This document shows, piece after piece, positions 47,319 to 57,529 of a DNA stretch of 64,000 nt. Source of the DNA: Candidatus Tayloriibacteriota bacterium (GTDB lineage: Bacteria > Patescibacteriota > Minisyncoccia > Phycocordibacterales > PALSA-1337); NCBI GenBank assembly GCA_903857825.1, contig CAIOGI010000009.1, positions 7,203 to 71,202 of the forward strand, in the 5' to 3' direction. Numbering within the stretch: position 1 is the first letter of the stretch; each line of letters starts with the position of its first letter. The notes beneath the pieces are model-generated. The model was not told the DNA's origin. It made no database searches and saw only the letters and a program-made list of their open reading frames with translations. A program made the position numbers and the translations under genes.

Positions 47319-47347
47319 ATCATAAATCCACCCCTGACGAATAGCAA
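47319..47347 (-). promoter_or_regulatory. Promoter TTGCTA-N17-TATGAT
   Basis: Same hexamers and spacing as 777-805. Confidence 0.55.
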
Positions 47348-47351
47348 GGAG

Positions 47352-48026
47352 TTAGGCTTTGGGTGTATAAGTTATCTGCTGCCATATTTCCGTCATTTTG
47401 GGCATATTAAATGTTATACTCTTCTGCTGCTTATTCCAATTTTTGTTCCACTCATCGATTGACACGCTGAAAACTTTTTGAATAATTGCATCCTCATCAC
47501 CTTCCATTTTTACTCTCAAACTAACACCATTAAAAGTCACGGTCCCATCGTAATAAATGCTTCCAATTTTTTCTCCCCATTTTCCTTCTGATACCCATGT
47601 AGTAATATTTGCAGACCAATCCACTATAAACCCTTCCGAACTATACTTCTTAAAGGAAATATCATTGCCAGTGAGACATCCATCAAGATCATTACCTAAG
47701 ACACCTTCCCAATAAAAGCGATAATCATCTTTAAAAGGATCCTTCCAAGTTTCTACACAATGAACACCCACAAGATTATGAATTGAAGAAAACTTTTCAA
47801 AATTTTCTAAAACAGGAAACATGAGGTTTGGTGCAGCAAAACCATCTTCACCAGAGTTTTTTGAAATATCAACACCTATTGTTCCCTGTGCATAATTGTT
47901 ATAATTTGACCCATATTCCTCCCAAGTTCCCGTGTGTATGAATATAGATAATTGAGCTTTTGAGGATTCAAAAGTTCCGTTGATTTCTTTGCTGTATGGG
48001 TAATCTTGAATTTTGAAAGTATTCAT
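47352..48026 (-). CDS. Hypothetical protein (first cassette gene after gap)
   Basis: 224 aa; starts 3 nt after the gap stop codon. Confidence 0.78.
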   Translation of the reverse strand: MNTFKIQDYPYSKEINGTFESSKAQLSIFIHTGTWEEYGSNYNNYAQGTIGVDISKNSGEDGFAAPNLMFPVLENFEKFSSIHNLVGVHCVETWKDPFKDDYRFYWEGVLGNDLDGCLTGNDISFKKYSSEGFIVDWSANITTWVSEGKWGEKIGSIYYDGTVTFNGVSLRVKMEGDEDAIIQKVFSVSIDEWNKNWNKQQKSITFNMPKMTEIWQQITYTPKA

Positions 48027-48029
48027 ATA

Positions 48030-49022
48030 CTAAATTAGTTTTCCTGCTTCAATTACGTGTCTAACCAACGTATTCGTATACCCCATTTCATTATCGTACC
48101 AAGCCAATACCTTTACCAAATTCCCCCCAACTACTCGTGTAAACGCAAGATCTGCAATAGATGCATGCAGATTACCCTTTATATCTGAAGAAACCAAATC
48201 TTCTTCTGTAACTGTAAATATACCTTTCCAACGTGCTTCACTGGCAGCTTTCTTTAGGATTGCATTTACTTCTTCTGTTGTTGTATTTTTCTTTGAAATG
48301 AAAGTAATATCCACAATAGAACCTGTAACAACTGGAACTCGTATAGAAATACCATCAAAAAGTCCATTCAAGCTAGTCATAATCTTCGTGACAGCGATAG
48401 CTGCACCAGTCGATGAAGGAACTATGTTCTGAGCAGCTGCACGGCCTTCTCGCATGTCCTTCTTGCTTGGACCATCAACTATAGCTTGGCTGGCTGTATA
48501 GGCATGTACAGTGTTTAATAAAGCTTTTTCTACGCCAATAGCTTCATCAAGAATAGCAAGCAGAGGACTTCCAGCGTTTGTGGTACATGAGGCATTTGAT
48601 GAAATCTGACATGTGCTAAGTTTCTCCTCATTCATTGCCATTAAAACAGTTTCACCCTTTATAACTGAAGCTGGATCATCTTTTAATGGAGCTGTAACGA
48701 CAACTCTCTTTGCGCCAGCAGTGATATGAGCTTGTGCTTTATCACTAGATGTAAACAAACCAGTTGATTCAACAACAACATCAACACCAAGATCACCCCA
48801 AGGAAGTTTTGTTGGATCTTTTTCACTTAAATATTTCACTCCTTCTAATGTGCAGTCGCTCTTTCCATAAACTGAATCGTATTTTAATAGATAATTTACA
48901 TTTTCTAGAGATGTTAAATCATTTACAGCAATAACTTCTATATTTTCATTTTGCTTTGCTAATTTATAAAAAGCACGTCCTATGCGGCCGAAGCCATTAA
49001 TTGCTACTTTAATTTTTTTCAT
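48030..49022 (-). CDS. gap: Glyceraldehyde-3-phosphate dehydrogenase
   Basis: INGFGRIGR, SNASCTTN and AWYDNE motifs. Confidence 0.98.
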   Translation of the reverse strand: MKKIKVAINGFGRIGRAFYKLAKQNENIEVIAVNDLTSLENVNYLLKYDSVYGKSDCTLEGVKYLSEKDPTKLPWGDLGVDVVVESTGLFTSSDKAQAHITAGAKRVVVTAPLKDDPASVIKGETVLMAMNEEKLSTCQISSNASCTTNAGSPLLAILDEAIGVEKALLNTVHAYTASQAIVDGPSKKDMREGRAAAQNIVPSSTGAAIAVTKIMTSLNGLFDGISIRVPVVTGSIVDITFISKKNTTTEEVNAILKKAASEARWKGIFTVTEEDLVSSDIKGNLHASIADLAFTRVVGGNLVKVLAWYDNEMGYTNTLVRHVIEAGKLI

Positions 49023-49315
49023 AAGAAAGGAATTATATTAAAATCAGATGTAGATGCAAAATATCCTAACAAGAATACCGTCATTATAGTTAGCAGTAAA
49101 TTGGTTATGCCCCAAACATAATTTCTTTGTTTAAATGATTTTATACTAAAAATAATTGAAAAAATTATTAAAATTGGTAAAAATACAATAGAAAATAATA
49201 TAAGTAAAATAATTACGATTACATATATACTATTATGAACTAATATAAAACGAACAAATAAAGTAATACAAGACCAAATCACAAAAGAAACTAATGGTAT
49301 TTTAAAATTTGTCAT
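49019..49315 (-). CDS. Small membrane protein
   Basis: Three TM helices; stop overlaps the gap start. Confidence 0.6.
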   Translation of the reverse strand: MTNFKIPLVSFVIWSCITLFVRFILVHNSIYVIVIILLILFSIVFLPILIIFSIIFSIKSFKQRNYVWGITNLLLTIMTVFLLGYFASTSDFNIIPFL

Positions 49316-49381
49316 AATAATTAATTATAAGTATACCACCATAATCACTTTTTACAAATATATAAGTCTATATACAATCAA

Positions 49382-50419
49382 TTATTGAGTCTCAACACCC
49401 TTACACATTTTTTTCACCAGTCCTGGTCCCACAAAGATTAATCCGCTGATAATCTGTATGAGGTCGGCACCTGCATCAAGTTTTTCTTGTGCGGTTTCAA
49501 CTGACATTACTCCACCACATCCAATAATAGTAAATCTTTTCCCATATAGTTCTTTTGTCTTTTTTATCAGTTCTGTTGATAATTTTTGACATGGTTTGCC
49601 ACTTAATCCTCCTCGGTATTCAATTGGCGCCTCATCACGATATTCCAAATCATCATAATTTTTATTTAAATTCCCTATTATTACTCCTTGTAAACCATGT
49701 TTATCTATTACATTTAATAATTTACTAAATTCATCCCAAGGCTTATTTATTGGCATCTTTATATATATCGGCTTTGAACAACTATTTTTTTTAATTTCTA
49801 TCAGAAGTCTTTCTAGTAGAACAGGGTCTGAGAATGACTCGCCTCCAAATGCATTTGGGCAAGAAATATTGATAGTATAGTAATCACCGACACTCTCTTC
49901 ATTTAATCTTTTAAATGAATAAACGTAATCGGCAATACCAGCTTCAACAGAAACTGACTTATCGTCATTTGTCCTTGCGATACTGACTCCAATGACAAAA
50001 TCAATATTTCTTTTGTATCTCTTAATTCTTTCAATTATTCTATCGACTCCTTCATTTTTCAGACCTTTATTTACAAGAATACTTTTAGATTTCTTTAGAC
50101 GAGTTAGTCTTGGTTTTTCATTTCCACCACATGGCCTAGCCGTAACTGAACCTATCTCCTCTCCACCAAGCCCTATGGAAGGTAGAATATTGGCCAGTCT
50201 TCCATTGTAGTCAAAACCAGCAGATAGAAGAAATGGCGTCCTGTACTTTATTCCATCAACAGTTTTTGATATATCTTTGCCTCTATAGTTATACATCAAA
50301 CCAATTTTCCATCTACCAATACATGTTTTTCCAGCAAATTCTCCAAATGACACAAAGAGATTGTGTACATTCTCAGGATTAAACATGAATAATATAGGTT
50401 TTAATACTTTTTCATACAT
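49382..50419 (-). CDS. pyrD: Dihydroorotate dehydrogenase (class 2)
   Basis: SAGFD, GNEKPRL, NISCPN, GGLSG and IIGCGG motifs. Confidence 0.92.
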   Translation of the reverse strand: MYEKVLKPILFMFNPENVHNLFVSFGEFAGKTCIGRWKIGLMYNYRGKDISKTVDGIKYRTPFLLSAGFDYNGRLANILPSIGLGGEEIGSVTARPCGGNEKPRLTRLKKSKSILVNKGLKNEGVDRIIERIKRYKRNIDFVIGVSIARTNDDKSVSVEAGIADYVYSFKRLNEESVGDYYTINISCPNAFGGESFSDPVLLERLLIEIKKNSCSKPIYIKMPINKPWDEFSKLLNVIDKHGLQGVIIGNLNKNYDDLEYRDEAPIEYRGGLSGKPCQKLSTELIKKTKELYGKRFTIIGCGGVMSVETAQEKLDAGADLIQIISGLIFVGPGLVKKMCKGVETQ

Positions 50420-50440
50420 AATATTTATAGTATATAACTC

Positions 50441-50836
50441 TCATTCCGTTGTCTTTCCATCGAAATGTTCTTCAACAGCATCAGCTTTTGTCTTGTGTAC
50501 TGTTCCATCAATATGATTTGCCGGAGAGTAAACTGTATAAAGCTGAAGATTTATTGTTGTAGAAGTGTTAATTACATTATGTTCAGAACCTGCTGGCACA
50601 ATGACTACGTCGCCATTAGAAACTGAGTATTCAAATCCATTGATAATCACCTTCCCTGTCCCCAATTCAAAACGAAAAAACTGATCAACTGTGTCGTGAA
50701 CTTCCACCCCTATCTCTTCACCAGGTTTCAATGACATTAAAACGAGCTGACTGTGCTCACCAGTGTAAAGCACGCGACGAAAGTCTGTATTCTGCATTGT
50801 TAAGTCTTCAATATTTACGTGAAATCCTTTTTTCAT
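50441..50836 (-). CDS. Cupin domain protein
   Basis: EEIGVEVH..VDQFF and VPAGSEHNV motifs. Confidence 0.9.
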   Translation of the reverse strand: MKKGFHVNIEDLTMQNTDFRRVLYTGEHSQLVLMSLKPGEEIGVEVHDTVDQFFRFELGTGKVIINGFEYSVSNGDVVIVPAGSEHNVINTSTTINLQLYTVYSPANHIDGTVHKTKADAVEEHFDGKTTE

Positions 50837-50849
50837 ATTATTTTATTTA

Positions 50850-51551
50850 TTATTTTTTATAAAAATCCTTCTCTTTATTTGAGAAATGCTCTATAGCATA
50901 TGATAACATAATCCTTGGCATTTTTTTAGCATGTTTATCTAGGAATTTCATTTCTATAGGTCTAGAAATGCGTTTACCCACCTCACGCAACATCCAACCC
51001 GTGGCTTTGTATATTAAATCATGCTTATCACCTAGCAATATCTCGCAAATTTTGAAAGTATCCTCATATTGCCCTTCCTTTATAAATGCATGTGTTGAAA
51101 TAATAGAAATCCTCCTTTCCCACAAGTTCTTTGACTTTACCAATTTATACAAAATACCCCTATCTCTTTTCAGCAAATAATCACCAACGATATAACTTGC
51201 GGAGAGATCAACCAAATCCCAGTTATTTATAGATTTAGTATTTTTTAAGTAGAATTTATAGATTTTCTCTTTCAACTTTTCATCTTTAGTCTTTTCATAT
51301 TTCGCTACAAGTATTTCAAGGGCTGTAAGGCGATACTCATGTATTTTACTATCAAGCAATTCTTGAATAGTCTCAAAATCTGCATCTATAAACTGATGTG
51401 CAACTTTTCTTATTTTCGGCACTACAATTCCAATGAATATATCACCTTCTCCATATTCACCCTTACCAGTTTTAAAGTACCCTGAAAGAATCTTGGCTTT
51501 TTCTGGGTCTGCCACTGCCTGTAGCTCTTTTGATATTTGAGTGAAATTCAT
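50850..51551 (-). CDS. DNA alkylation repair protein (AlkD-like)
   Basis: NNWDLVD, WERR and KATGWMLRE motifs. Confidence 0.9.
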   Translation of the reverse strand: MNFTQISKELQAVADPEKAKILSGYFKTGKGEYGEGDIFIGIVVPKIRKVAHQFIDADFETIQELLDSKIHEYRLTALEILVAKYEKTKDEKLKEKIYKFYLKNTKSINNWDLVDLSASYIVGDYLLKRDRGILYKLVKSKNLWERRISIISTHAFIKEGQYEDTFKICEILLGDKHDLIYKATGWMLREVGKRISRPIEMKFLDKHAKKMPRIMLSYAIEHFSNKEKDFYKK

Positions 51552-51627
51552 AGTTATGTATTATAGCAATATTTGACTGTGGATATCTAATTTGACACAC
51601 TGTGCTTAGTATTATACTATTATAAAC

Positions 51628-51819
51628 ATGAAAAATTGGAGAAATAACACGAATATGCATTGCAAGCCGCAGTCCCTTACTGTCGGATCAATTTTCGCGT
51701 ATGCCAGAACAGGCACACTTACGCTCAGTCGTGATATTTCTCATATACTTATGAACTAATCTATTCATTAAAATGTACTCTAGAAAAATCCCGACTGGAC
51801 GCAAGTTGGGATTTTTTCT
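51628..51819 (+). promoter_or_regulatory. Leader ORF (51628-51759) plus terminator hairpin (51782-51819) upstream of the MFS gene
   Basis: TTGACA-N17-TACTAT promoter, 43-aa uORF, AAAAATCCCGACT/AGTTGGGATTTTTT stem. Confidence 0.5.
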
Positions 51820-51865
51820 AATTCCACGTCCAGGGTAGTTAATACGGTTCATCGAAAACAAAACA

Positions 51866-53059
51866 ATGAAGACGAAAATCATTAGACAGTACTATGTCCT
51901 GTCCTGTTTATTCAGTGCAGGTGGTCTATCATTCATCAGTGCGGTATATGTTACCTATCTGATGAAGCACGGTCTCGACTTGTTCGAGGTAAACATCGTA
52001 AATGCAATGTACTTCCTCACCTTGTTCCTCTGTGAAATACCAACTGGAGCATTTGCCGATATTTTCGGCAGGAAGACATCGTTCGTAATGGCTTGTGCAT
52101 TGATGGGTATCAGCATGTTCGTCTACGGGCTTTCAGATAGCATGGCTGGCTTTATCATCGCAGAGATGATCGGCGCAGTAGGTATGACATTTAAAAGTGG
52201 TGCTTTCAAAGCATGGCTTGTTGATAGCCTTAAACATCACGGTGATCATGGTCCATATACGAAAGTGTTCGCACGTGAAAATCTTATTTGTCAAATCGTT
52301 GGAGGGTTCGGTGCGGTACTTGGTTCATACCTTGCAGTAAAAAATCCTTCATTGCCGTGGATTGCCGGTGGCATTTCCCTGCTCATCACCACGGCCATTG
52401 CCATACTCACAATGAAAGAAGAATACTTCAAGAGAAGCACTCTGTCATTCGCCAAAGGTCTCAAGTCTATGCGAGACATTGCAGCTTCGAGTATTCGCTA
52501 TGGTAAGGAGCACTCGGCAGTACGCTTCATCCTGATGATCACAGCTATTCAGATCTTTGCTATTCAAGCACTTAACATGTATTGGCAGCCGTTCTTCAAC
52601 AAAAGAGGAGTCGCTGAAAAGAATTATGGTTACTTGTTTGTTGGTATCTTGATTTGCACAGCCTTCGGAGCATATGTCATCTCAAAAATGAATACAAAAA
52701 ACAATGAAAGAAAGATTATCATTAAATCCTATATCATTGTCGGCATCTTGATCATTGCGATGGCACTTTCACCAGGATTGTCTCTTCCCGTCATGTTCTT
52801 CCTTTTGCACGAGATTGTTCGTGGTACGTGGAATCCGATGATTGATAGTTACTTGCAAGTTCGTATCCCATCTGATGAGCGCGCAACGATTTCTTCGTTC
52901 TGTGCCATCGCCCCGCATATCGGTGGGGCTATCGGTCTCGTTGTGAGTGGAATCATTGCCAAATTCTTTGGCCCAGAGACAGCGTGGGTTGTCTCCGGAG
53001 TTTCGTTTGTTCTTGCGTCTGTGCTTGTTGCTAGAAATGGCAAAGGTAAATCAGATTGA
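51866..53059 (+). CDS. MFS transporter
   Basis: EIPTGAFADIFGRK motif; ~12 TM helices. Confidence 0.93.
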   Translation: MKTKIIRQYYVLSCLFSAGGLSFISAVYVTYLMKHGLDLFEVNIVNAMYFLTLFLCEIPTGAFADIFGRKTSFVMACALMGISMFVYGLSDSMAGFIIAEMIGAVGMTFKSGAFKAWLVDSLKHHGDHGPYTKVFARENLICQIVGGFGAVLGSYLAVKNPSLPWIAGGISLLITTAIAILTMKEEYFKRSTLSFAKGLKSMRDIAASSIRYGKEHSAVRFILMITAIQIFAIQALNMYWQPFFNKRGVAEKNYGYLFVGILICTAFGAYVISKMNTKNNERKIIIKSYIIVGILIIAMALSPGLSLPVMFFLLHEIVRGTWNPMIDSYLQVRIPSDERATISSFCAIAPHIGGAIGLVVSGIIAKFFGPETAWVVSGVSFVLASVLVARNGKGKSD

Positions 53060-53080
53060 CGGTTTGAATTGAATAACTAC

Positions 53081-53117
53081 AGCGGCTGGGCCCTTCAAGG
53101 TCCCAGCCGCTTTTTTT
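53081..53117 (+). terminator. Intrinsic terminator
   Basis: AGCGGCTGGG/CCCAGCCGCT stem plus T-run. Confidence 0.85.
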
Positions 53118-53190
53118 ATTCTGATGTATTTACTTGCTTGACCGCCCAATAGTACATATTATTGTATAAATTTTCTGCTATAATATATAT

Positions 53191-53859
53191 ATGAAAGGTT
53201 TCTTTCACAAACTACCAAAAAATATTATTCGTATTTTTTCTCTACACAAACTTATTTATCATTTAGTTGCAATTGCCTCTACCTACATACTAGTTGTCTC
53301 TGGCTTTGATTGGTTTTGGTTTACTACTATGAATGACAAAACTATTCATGATATTCTTTTCCCATCAATTATAATAGGTGCAGTAGTTCCAATTTTAATT
53401 CCTCTCGGCTTACTACTAATTGGTAAAATTAGAAAGAGTAAAAGTATATGGGAAGGTAAAAAAATTATGAATACTGCATGGGCGATTGGACAAGCGGCTT
53501 TGCTTGGCTCGATTATCTCTTCTTTATATAAAGCATTCACAGGAAGGATTCAACCTGATCTATCGAATTTTGTTACAGACATAAGTAACAATTTCCAATT
53601 CGGTTTTTGGAATCATGGTATATTTTGGGGATGGCCATCTTCACACACTACAATAGCATTTGCAATGGCTGTCACACTTATAATCCTCTACCCACGAAAT
53701 AAAATAATTAAATATCTAGCATTATTATATGCCCTGTATATCGGTGTAGGTGTATCTATAGACATACATTGGTTTTCTGAATTCATCGCCGGAGCAATAA
53801 TTGGATCAGTCATAGGAGTAGTTGTTGGAAAGTCTTTTAAGGAAAAATTGAATAATTAA
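53191..53859 (+). CDS. PAP2-family phosphatase
   Basis: KAFTGRIQP, WPSSH and HWFSE motifs. Confidence 0.88.
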   Translation: MKGFFHKLPKNIIRIFSLHKLIYHLVAIASTYILVVSGFDWFWFTTMNDKTIHDILFPSIIIGAVVPILIPLGLLLIGKIRKSKSIWEGKKIMNTAWAIGQAALLGSIISSLYKAFTGRIQPDLSNFVTDISNNFQFGFWNHGIFWGWPSSHTTIAFAMAVTLIILYPRNKIIKYLALLYALYIGVGVSIDIHWFSEFIAGAIIGSVIGVVVGKSFKEKLNN

Positions 53860-53862
53860 TTA

Positions 53863-55098
53863 TCAATCGATTCCCTTAGCTCTAGAATATAGAGTCGCGG
53901 TTGTTGCTTCATCTTGCTTACTTTCCATAAAAATCTTGGCATTGGGACAAAACCTAGTTGCCAAACTTAAAGCAGTTTCTTGTTTTTTTATAAAACTTGG
54001 ACTTTCTCCTGAGGGAACATACATATGAATAACTTTTATATAATCTCTAAATTTCATAAACCATGGTTCTAGCACCATTCCGTATTTATCACCTTCATAA
54101 CCATGTAAAGCATGATTAATATCCAAGGTAATACCAATAGACTTTTTCACTGTCGACTGCTCAAGACCAAGAGCTAACATTAGTTTTTCCATCTCAGTGA
54201 TTAATAACATAAGTTCTTCCGGATTCTGTCCCCAAGCACCTTCCTCACCCTTGGTTGGCATATTTTCAATCGCGACAGTAAGAGTTTTACCACCAATAAT
54301 CGCCTTTTGAATTGATCCGACATATAAGGCAAGATAATTAATTATAATTGCCTTTCCGACCGACTCTTCAAGTCCAGAAAACATTTTAGTATTGATATGT
54401 GGTGGATGTACAGTACAAAGACTTCCATCAATTTCTTGCAGAATACTTAATTCTCGAAGTAATCGCTCAGCATTCTTCATCGCCAAACTTGATTCATCAA
54501 TTTCGGATGTACTTCCATGTATCAAAATTATCATGTCAGGATTTCTTTTGTGAAATTCGACTAGCTCGCCAAGGGCCGCATCAATCTCCTCAACTCCTCT
54601 ATTCCTAAAATCAAATTGTACGCTTTTTAGACCCATTCTCTCTGCCAATATTATCTACTCACTTAATGGGCGAGTAGCACCTTCTTTATTTTTTGTGCAT
54701 AAAGTCACACCAAGACCTTCTACCAAGCTCTTTCTTTTTCTCATTTGAATTTCTAGAGCATCTTGCATATATTCCCATTCTCCACTCTCATCATTGAATT
54801 CAGCAATATTATGACCACTCACAGGAAAATCGTCTTCATAAAAAGTTACTAATACTATACTAGTCTTAGCCTTATCCCCACCTGGGTCATCTCCTTTCCT
54901 TTGAAAACGATATTCGCAATATTCTCCAGACTTTTCTCCATTAACCCTAACTTCATATATGCGTAATCCTCTCTCGTCAACAACTTCACGAGTAAATTCA
55001 GGAACAACTTCAGCGTCATTTGTCCAGTCAGAAATTATATTGACGACTTTTTCTTTTGTGGGTACTCTCTCATTTGATTGTTCAATTGGGTTCTCCAT
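53863..55098 (-). pseudogene. Hypothetical domain plus TIM-barrel (xylose isomerase/AP endonuclease 2-like) gene split by an in-frame TAG at 54655-54657
   Basis: ORFs 54655-55098 and 53863-54648 are in one frame; IHG, VHP, IENMP, LDINH and IH motifs. Confidence 0.6.
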
Positions 55099-55103
55099 TT
55101 TTA

Positions 55104-55691
55104 TTATTTTAAGTTCAATATTAACTCCTTTGCCCTTTGATAGTCTTCTCTTATTTCATCTCTAATTTCATCAAAGAATATCTTATTATTTAAGTCTCTT
55201 TCTATCTTTGCCAATGCCCAAGATCGAACCTGCTCTACAGGTTCATCTTTCGTCTTCATTTCAAGTGAAAAATCGTAAAAACTACTCTGAAGGTGCGCCC
55301 TTGCATCTGCGCTTGCCATAATCTTCCCTTCGACAGTCTTTGGTAAATTACCGTTTTTGCATCCATGATATTCAATGGCATCATCAATTACTATTTTCGA
55401 TTCTTCATCACTGTATCCACACATCAACAGAAACTCTCTAGCAATTTCCTTACTTTTATTTTCATGTTCTGGATTTTCTCTGGCCATAACGGAATCGGCA
55501 ATATCGTGTAGCATTGCAGCTGCAATAGCTAAATCATTTTTTACTCCAAGTCTAATTGACAGTTCATCAGCGAACTTTGCTACAAGAAATACGTGGTTAG
55601 CAGACAGCCAATCAGCCCACTCCTCTCTTGTACTCTCCTTCCTATCGTAAATTTCATGAACCATTTTTTCTAATTTTTGAGTTCTGTTCAT
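55104..55691 (-). CDS. HD-domain protein
   Basis: H...LHDIAD...H...SAD motifs. Confidence 0.88.
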   Translation of the reverse strand: MNRTQKLEKMVHEIYDRKESTREEWADWLSANHVFLVAKFADELSIRLGVKNDLAIAAAMLHDIADSVMARENPEHENKSKEIAREFLLMCGYSDEESKIVIDDAIEYHGCKNGNLPKTVEGKIMASADARAHLQSSFYDFSLEMKTKDEPVEQVRSWALAKIERDLNNKIFFDEIRDEIREDYQRAKELILNLK

Positions 55692-55716
55692 AAAGATAGT
55701 ATATCACTCTGAATAA

Positions 55717-56325
55717 TCAAATCCACCCGATTTTCTCTAATTCTCCCTTAATTTTCTCAAAGTATTTCCTATGACCCTCAGCATTTGGATGTATACCATC
55801 ATCTAAATCTGCAATATCTAGTAAACCGAAGACATCTATAAATGTAATCATGTTTTTATCACAAACAGCTTTCATGATTGTATTATATTTTACAATATTC
55901 TCATTGGTAAAAAACACATTTGCCCACGCAATAGGCATAGTTCTTGACTCATCACAGTTTTCTGCACCGATAAATATTATTTTATCCATTATCTTTCTAG
56001 CCTTGTCAATAATTTCTTGTATATTTTTCTCAAATTTTTCTACAGAAATCCATTGATTATGTGAGGCATCCTTATATGAACAATCATTAGCACCTGATTG
56101 AAAGATCAGTGCATCTGCCTTTCTAATTTTTGCTTCAGATTCAAAGCGAGCTAGTATTGTATCAGTGGTAGCTCCAGAGATACTTAGATTGTGAAGTTCT
56201 ACATAATCCTCATCTCTATTTCCAATGTATAACCAAAGACGATTTGGCCATCCACCTTTTTCATGATCCCATGCACCCCACGAAGTACTATCTCCAAATA
56301 TGCAAATTGATTCTGGTTTTTTCAT
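55717..56325 (-). CDS. SGNH/GDSL hydrolase
   Basis: FGDS, GAND and DGIHP motifs. Confidence 0.92.
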   Translation of the reverse strand: MKKPESICIFGDSTSWGAWDHEKGGWPNRLWLYIGNRDEDYVELHNLSISGATTDTILARFESEAKIRKADALIFQSGANDCSYKDASHNQWISVEKFEKNIQEIIDKARKIMDKIIFIGAENCDESRTMPIAWANVFFTNENIVKYNTIMKAVCDKNMITFIDVFGLLDIADLDDGIHPNAEGHRKYFEKIKGELEKIGWI

Positions 56326-56334
56326 ATACGTATA

Positions 56335-56868
56335 TTATACCAAATACCCCCTCAATTTCTTCAATGCTTTGTTTCTCATTGATATTGGCACATGTTCTTC
56401 ATTTGTCATTTCTGCATATGTTTTACTATATCCGTCTGGAATAAACACCGAAGACCAACCGAAACTATTATCACCTTTCGGAGACATGGCCACCGTCCCC
56501 TCCATTGATCCGCTAAATAGCTTTATTTCTTTTCCATCATGTAATCCATAGCAAACAGTAGCTACACATTTACGATCTTTACGATGCAATAGATTACAGA
56601 GGCCTTCATTTCCAAGCTCTTTCAAAAACCATTTTATAAGTGGTCCTGGCAACTTATTGTACGCATGAAAAACAAAAGATACATCTTCAACGATTACAGG
56701 TTTTTTTATGATTTCGTAAGCCCTCGTTACTTTATCCTTAACAATTTCCTCTAAATCAAGAGATTGAATTTCATCCAAATCAAGCTTTTCATGATCAATC
56801 GGTATGCCTAGATATCTAGACATTTCCTCTGCCTTTCCTGCATTACCCGTTATAAAAGTGAGCTTCAT
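56335..56868 (-). CDS. rdgB: Non-canonical purine NTP pyrophosphatase (HAM1/ITPase)
   Basis: TGNAGK, VEDVS, LPGPLIKW, FGW and SMR motifs. Confidence 0.85.
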   Translation of the reverse strand: MKLTFITGNAGKAEEMSRYLGIPIDHEKLDLDEIQSLDLEEIVKDKVTRAYEIIKKPVIVEDVSFVFHAYNKLPGPLIKWFLKELGNEGLCNLLHRKDRKCVATVCYGLHDGKEIKLFSGSMEGTVAMSPKGDNSFGWSSVFIPDGYSKTYAEMTNEEHVPISMRNKALKKLRGYLV

Positions 56869-56872
56869 AAAA

Positions 56873-57421
56873 TTAAACCGTTTTAAACACCCTCTTCAAC
56901 TCAAACTTCGGATTCTCCATAACCTTCGTATAGAACCAAGGTGCAAGTATCGAGGCAAAAGCAATATTTCCAACTAAATGTCTTAGGGTAAATGGTATCT
57001 GGCCAACAATAGCTTGCATCCAAGGCTGTCCGTACAATAATGGCCCCATAAGTACACCAGTTATCAAATCAAAAAATAATGTTCCCACAATACTCATCAC
57101 CACAAAGTTCCTTGCTGTTGCACTTTTATTCTTCAAGAAGTACCCAGCAGCTATTCCAACAATTCCATATGTTATAGAAGTAATTAGTGTCCACAAACCA
57201 ACCTTCCCCATAATAATATCGAGCAAGGCAATACTTAGTGCGCCATATAAACCACCGACTAGAGGACCATAAGCCTTGGATCCTGCCAGTTCCGTAGCCA
57301 TCAAAGGTGATACATTCCACAAGCCAAAAAAGGGCGATAACAGTCTAAAAATCAAGGTTCCTATAAAGCCAAGTGTATATTTTGGAATTCCAAGCAAAGG
57401 TTTTGATATTTGATTATTCAT
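56873..57421 (-). CDS. ECF transporter S-component-like membrane protein
   Basis: ~5-6 TM helices; NVSP and PFTLRHLVGN motifs. Confidence 0.65.
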   Translation of the reverse strand: MNNQISKPLLGIPKYTLGFIGTLIFRLLSPFFGLWNVSPLMATELAGSKAYGPLVGGLYGALSIALLDIIMGKVGLWTLITSITYGIVGIAAGYFLKNKSATARNFVVMSIVGTLFFDLITGVLMGPLLYGQPWMQAIVGQIPFTLRHLVGNIAFASILAPWFYTKVMENPKFELKRVFKTV

Positions 57422-57529
57422 GTCCCGTATTATACCTCAACTCGTAATTCAAGAATAGGAAGACGTAAAAAAACAAAACCATCAATATTTTTTGATGGTT
57501 TTATTTTGACCCTCACTATGACTCCCGCC

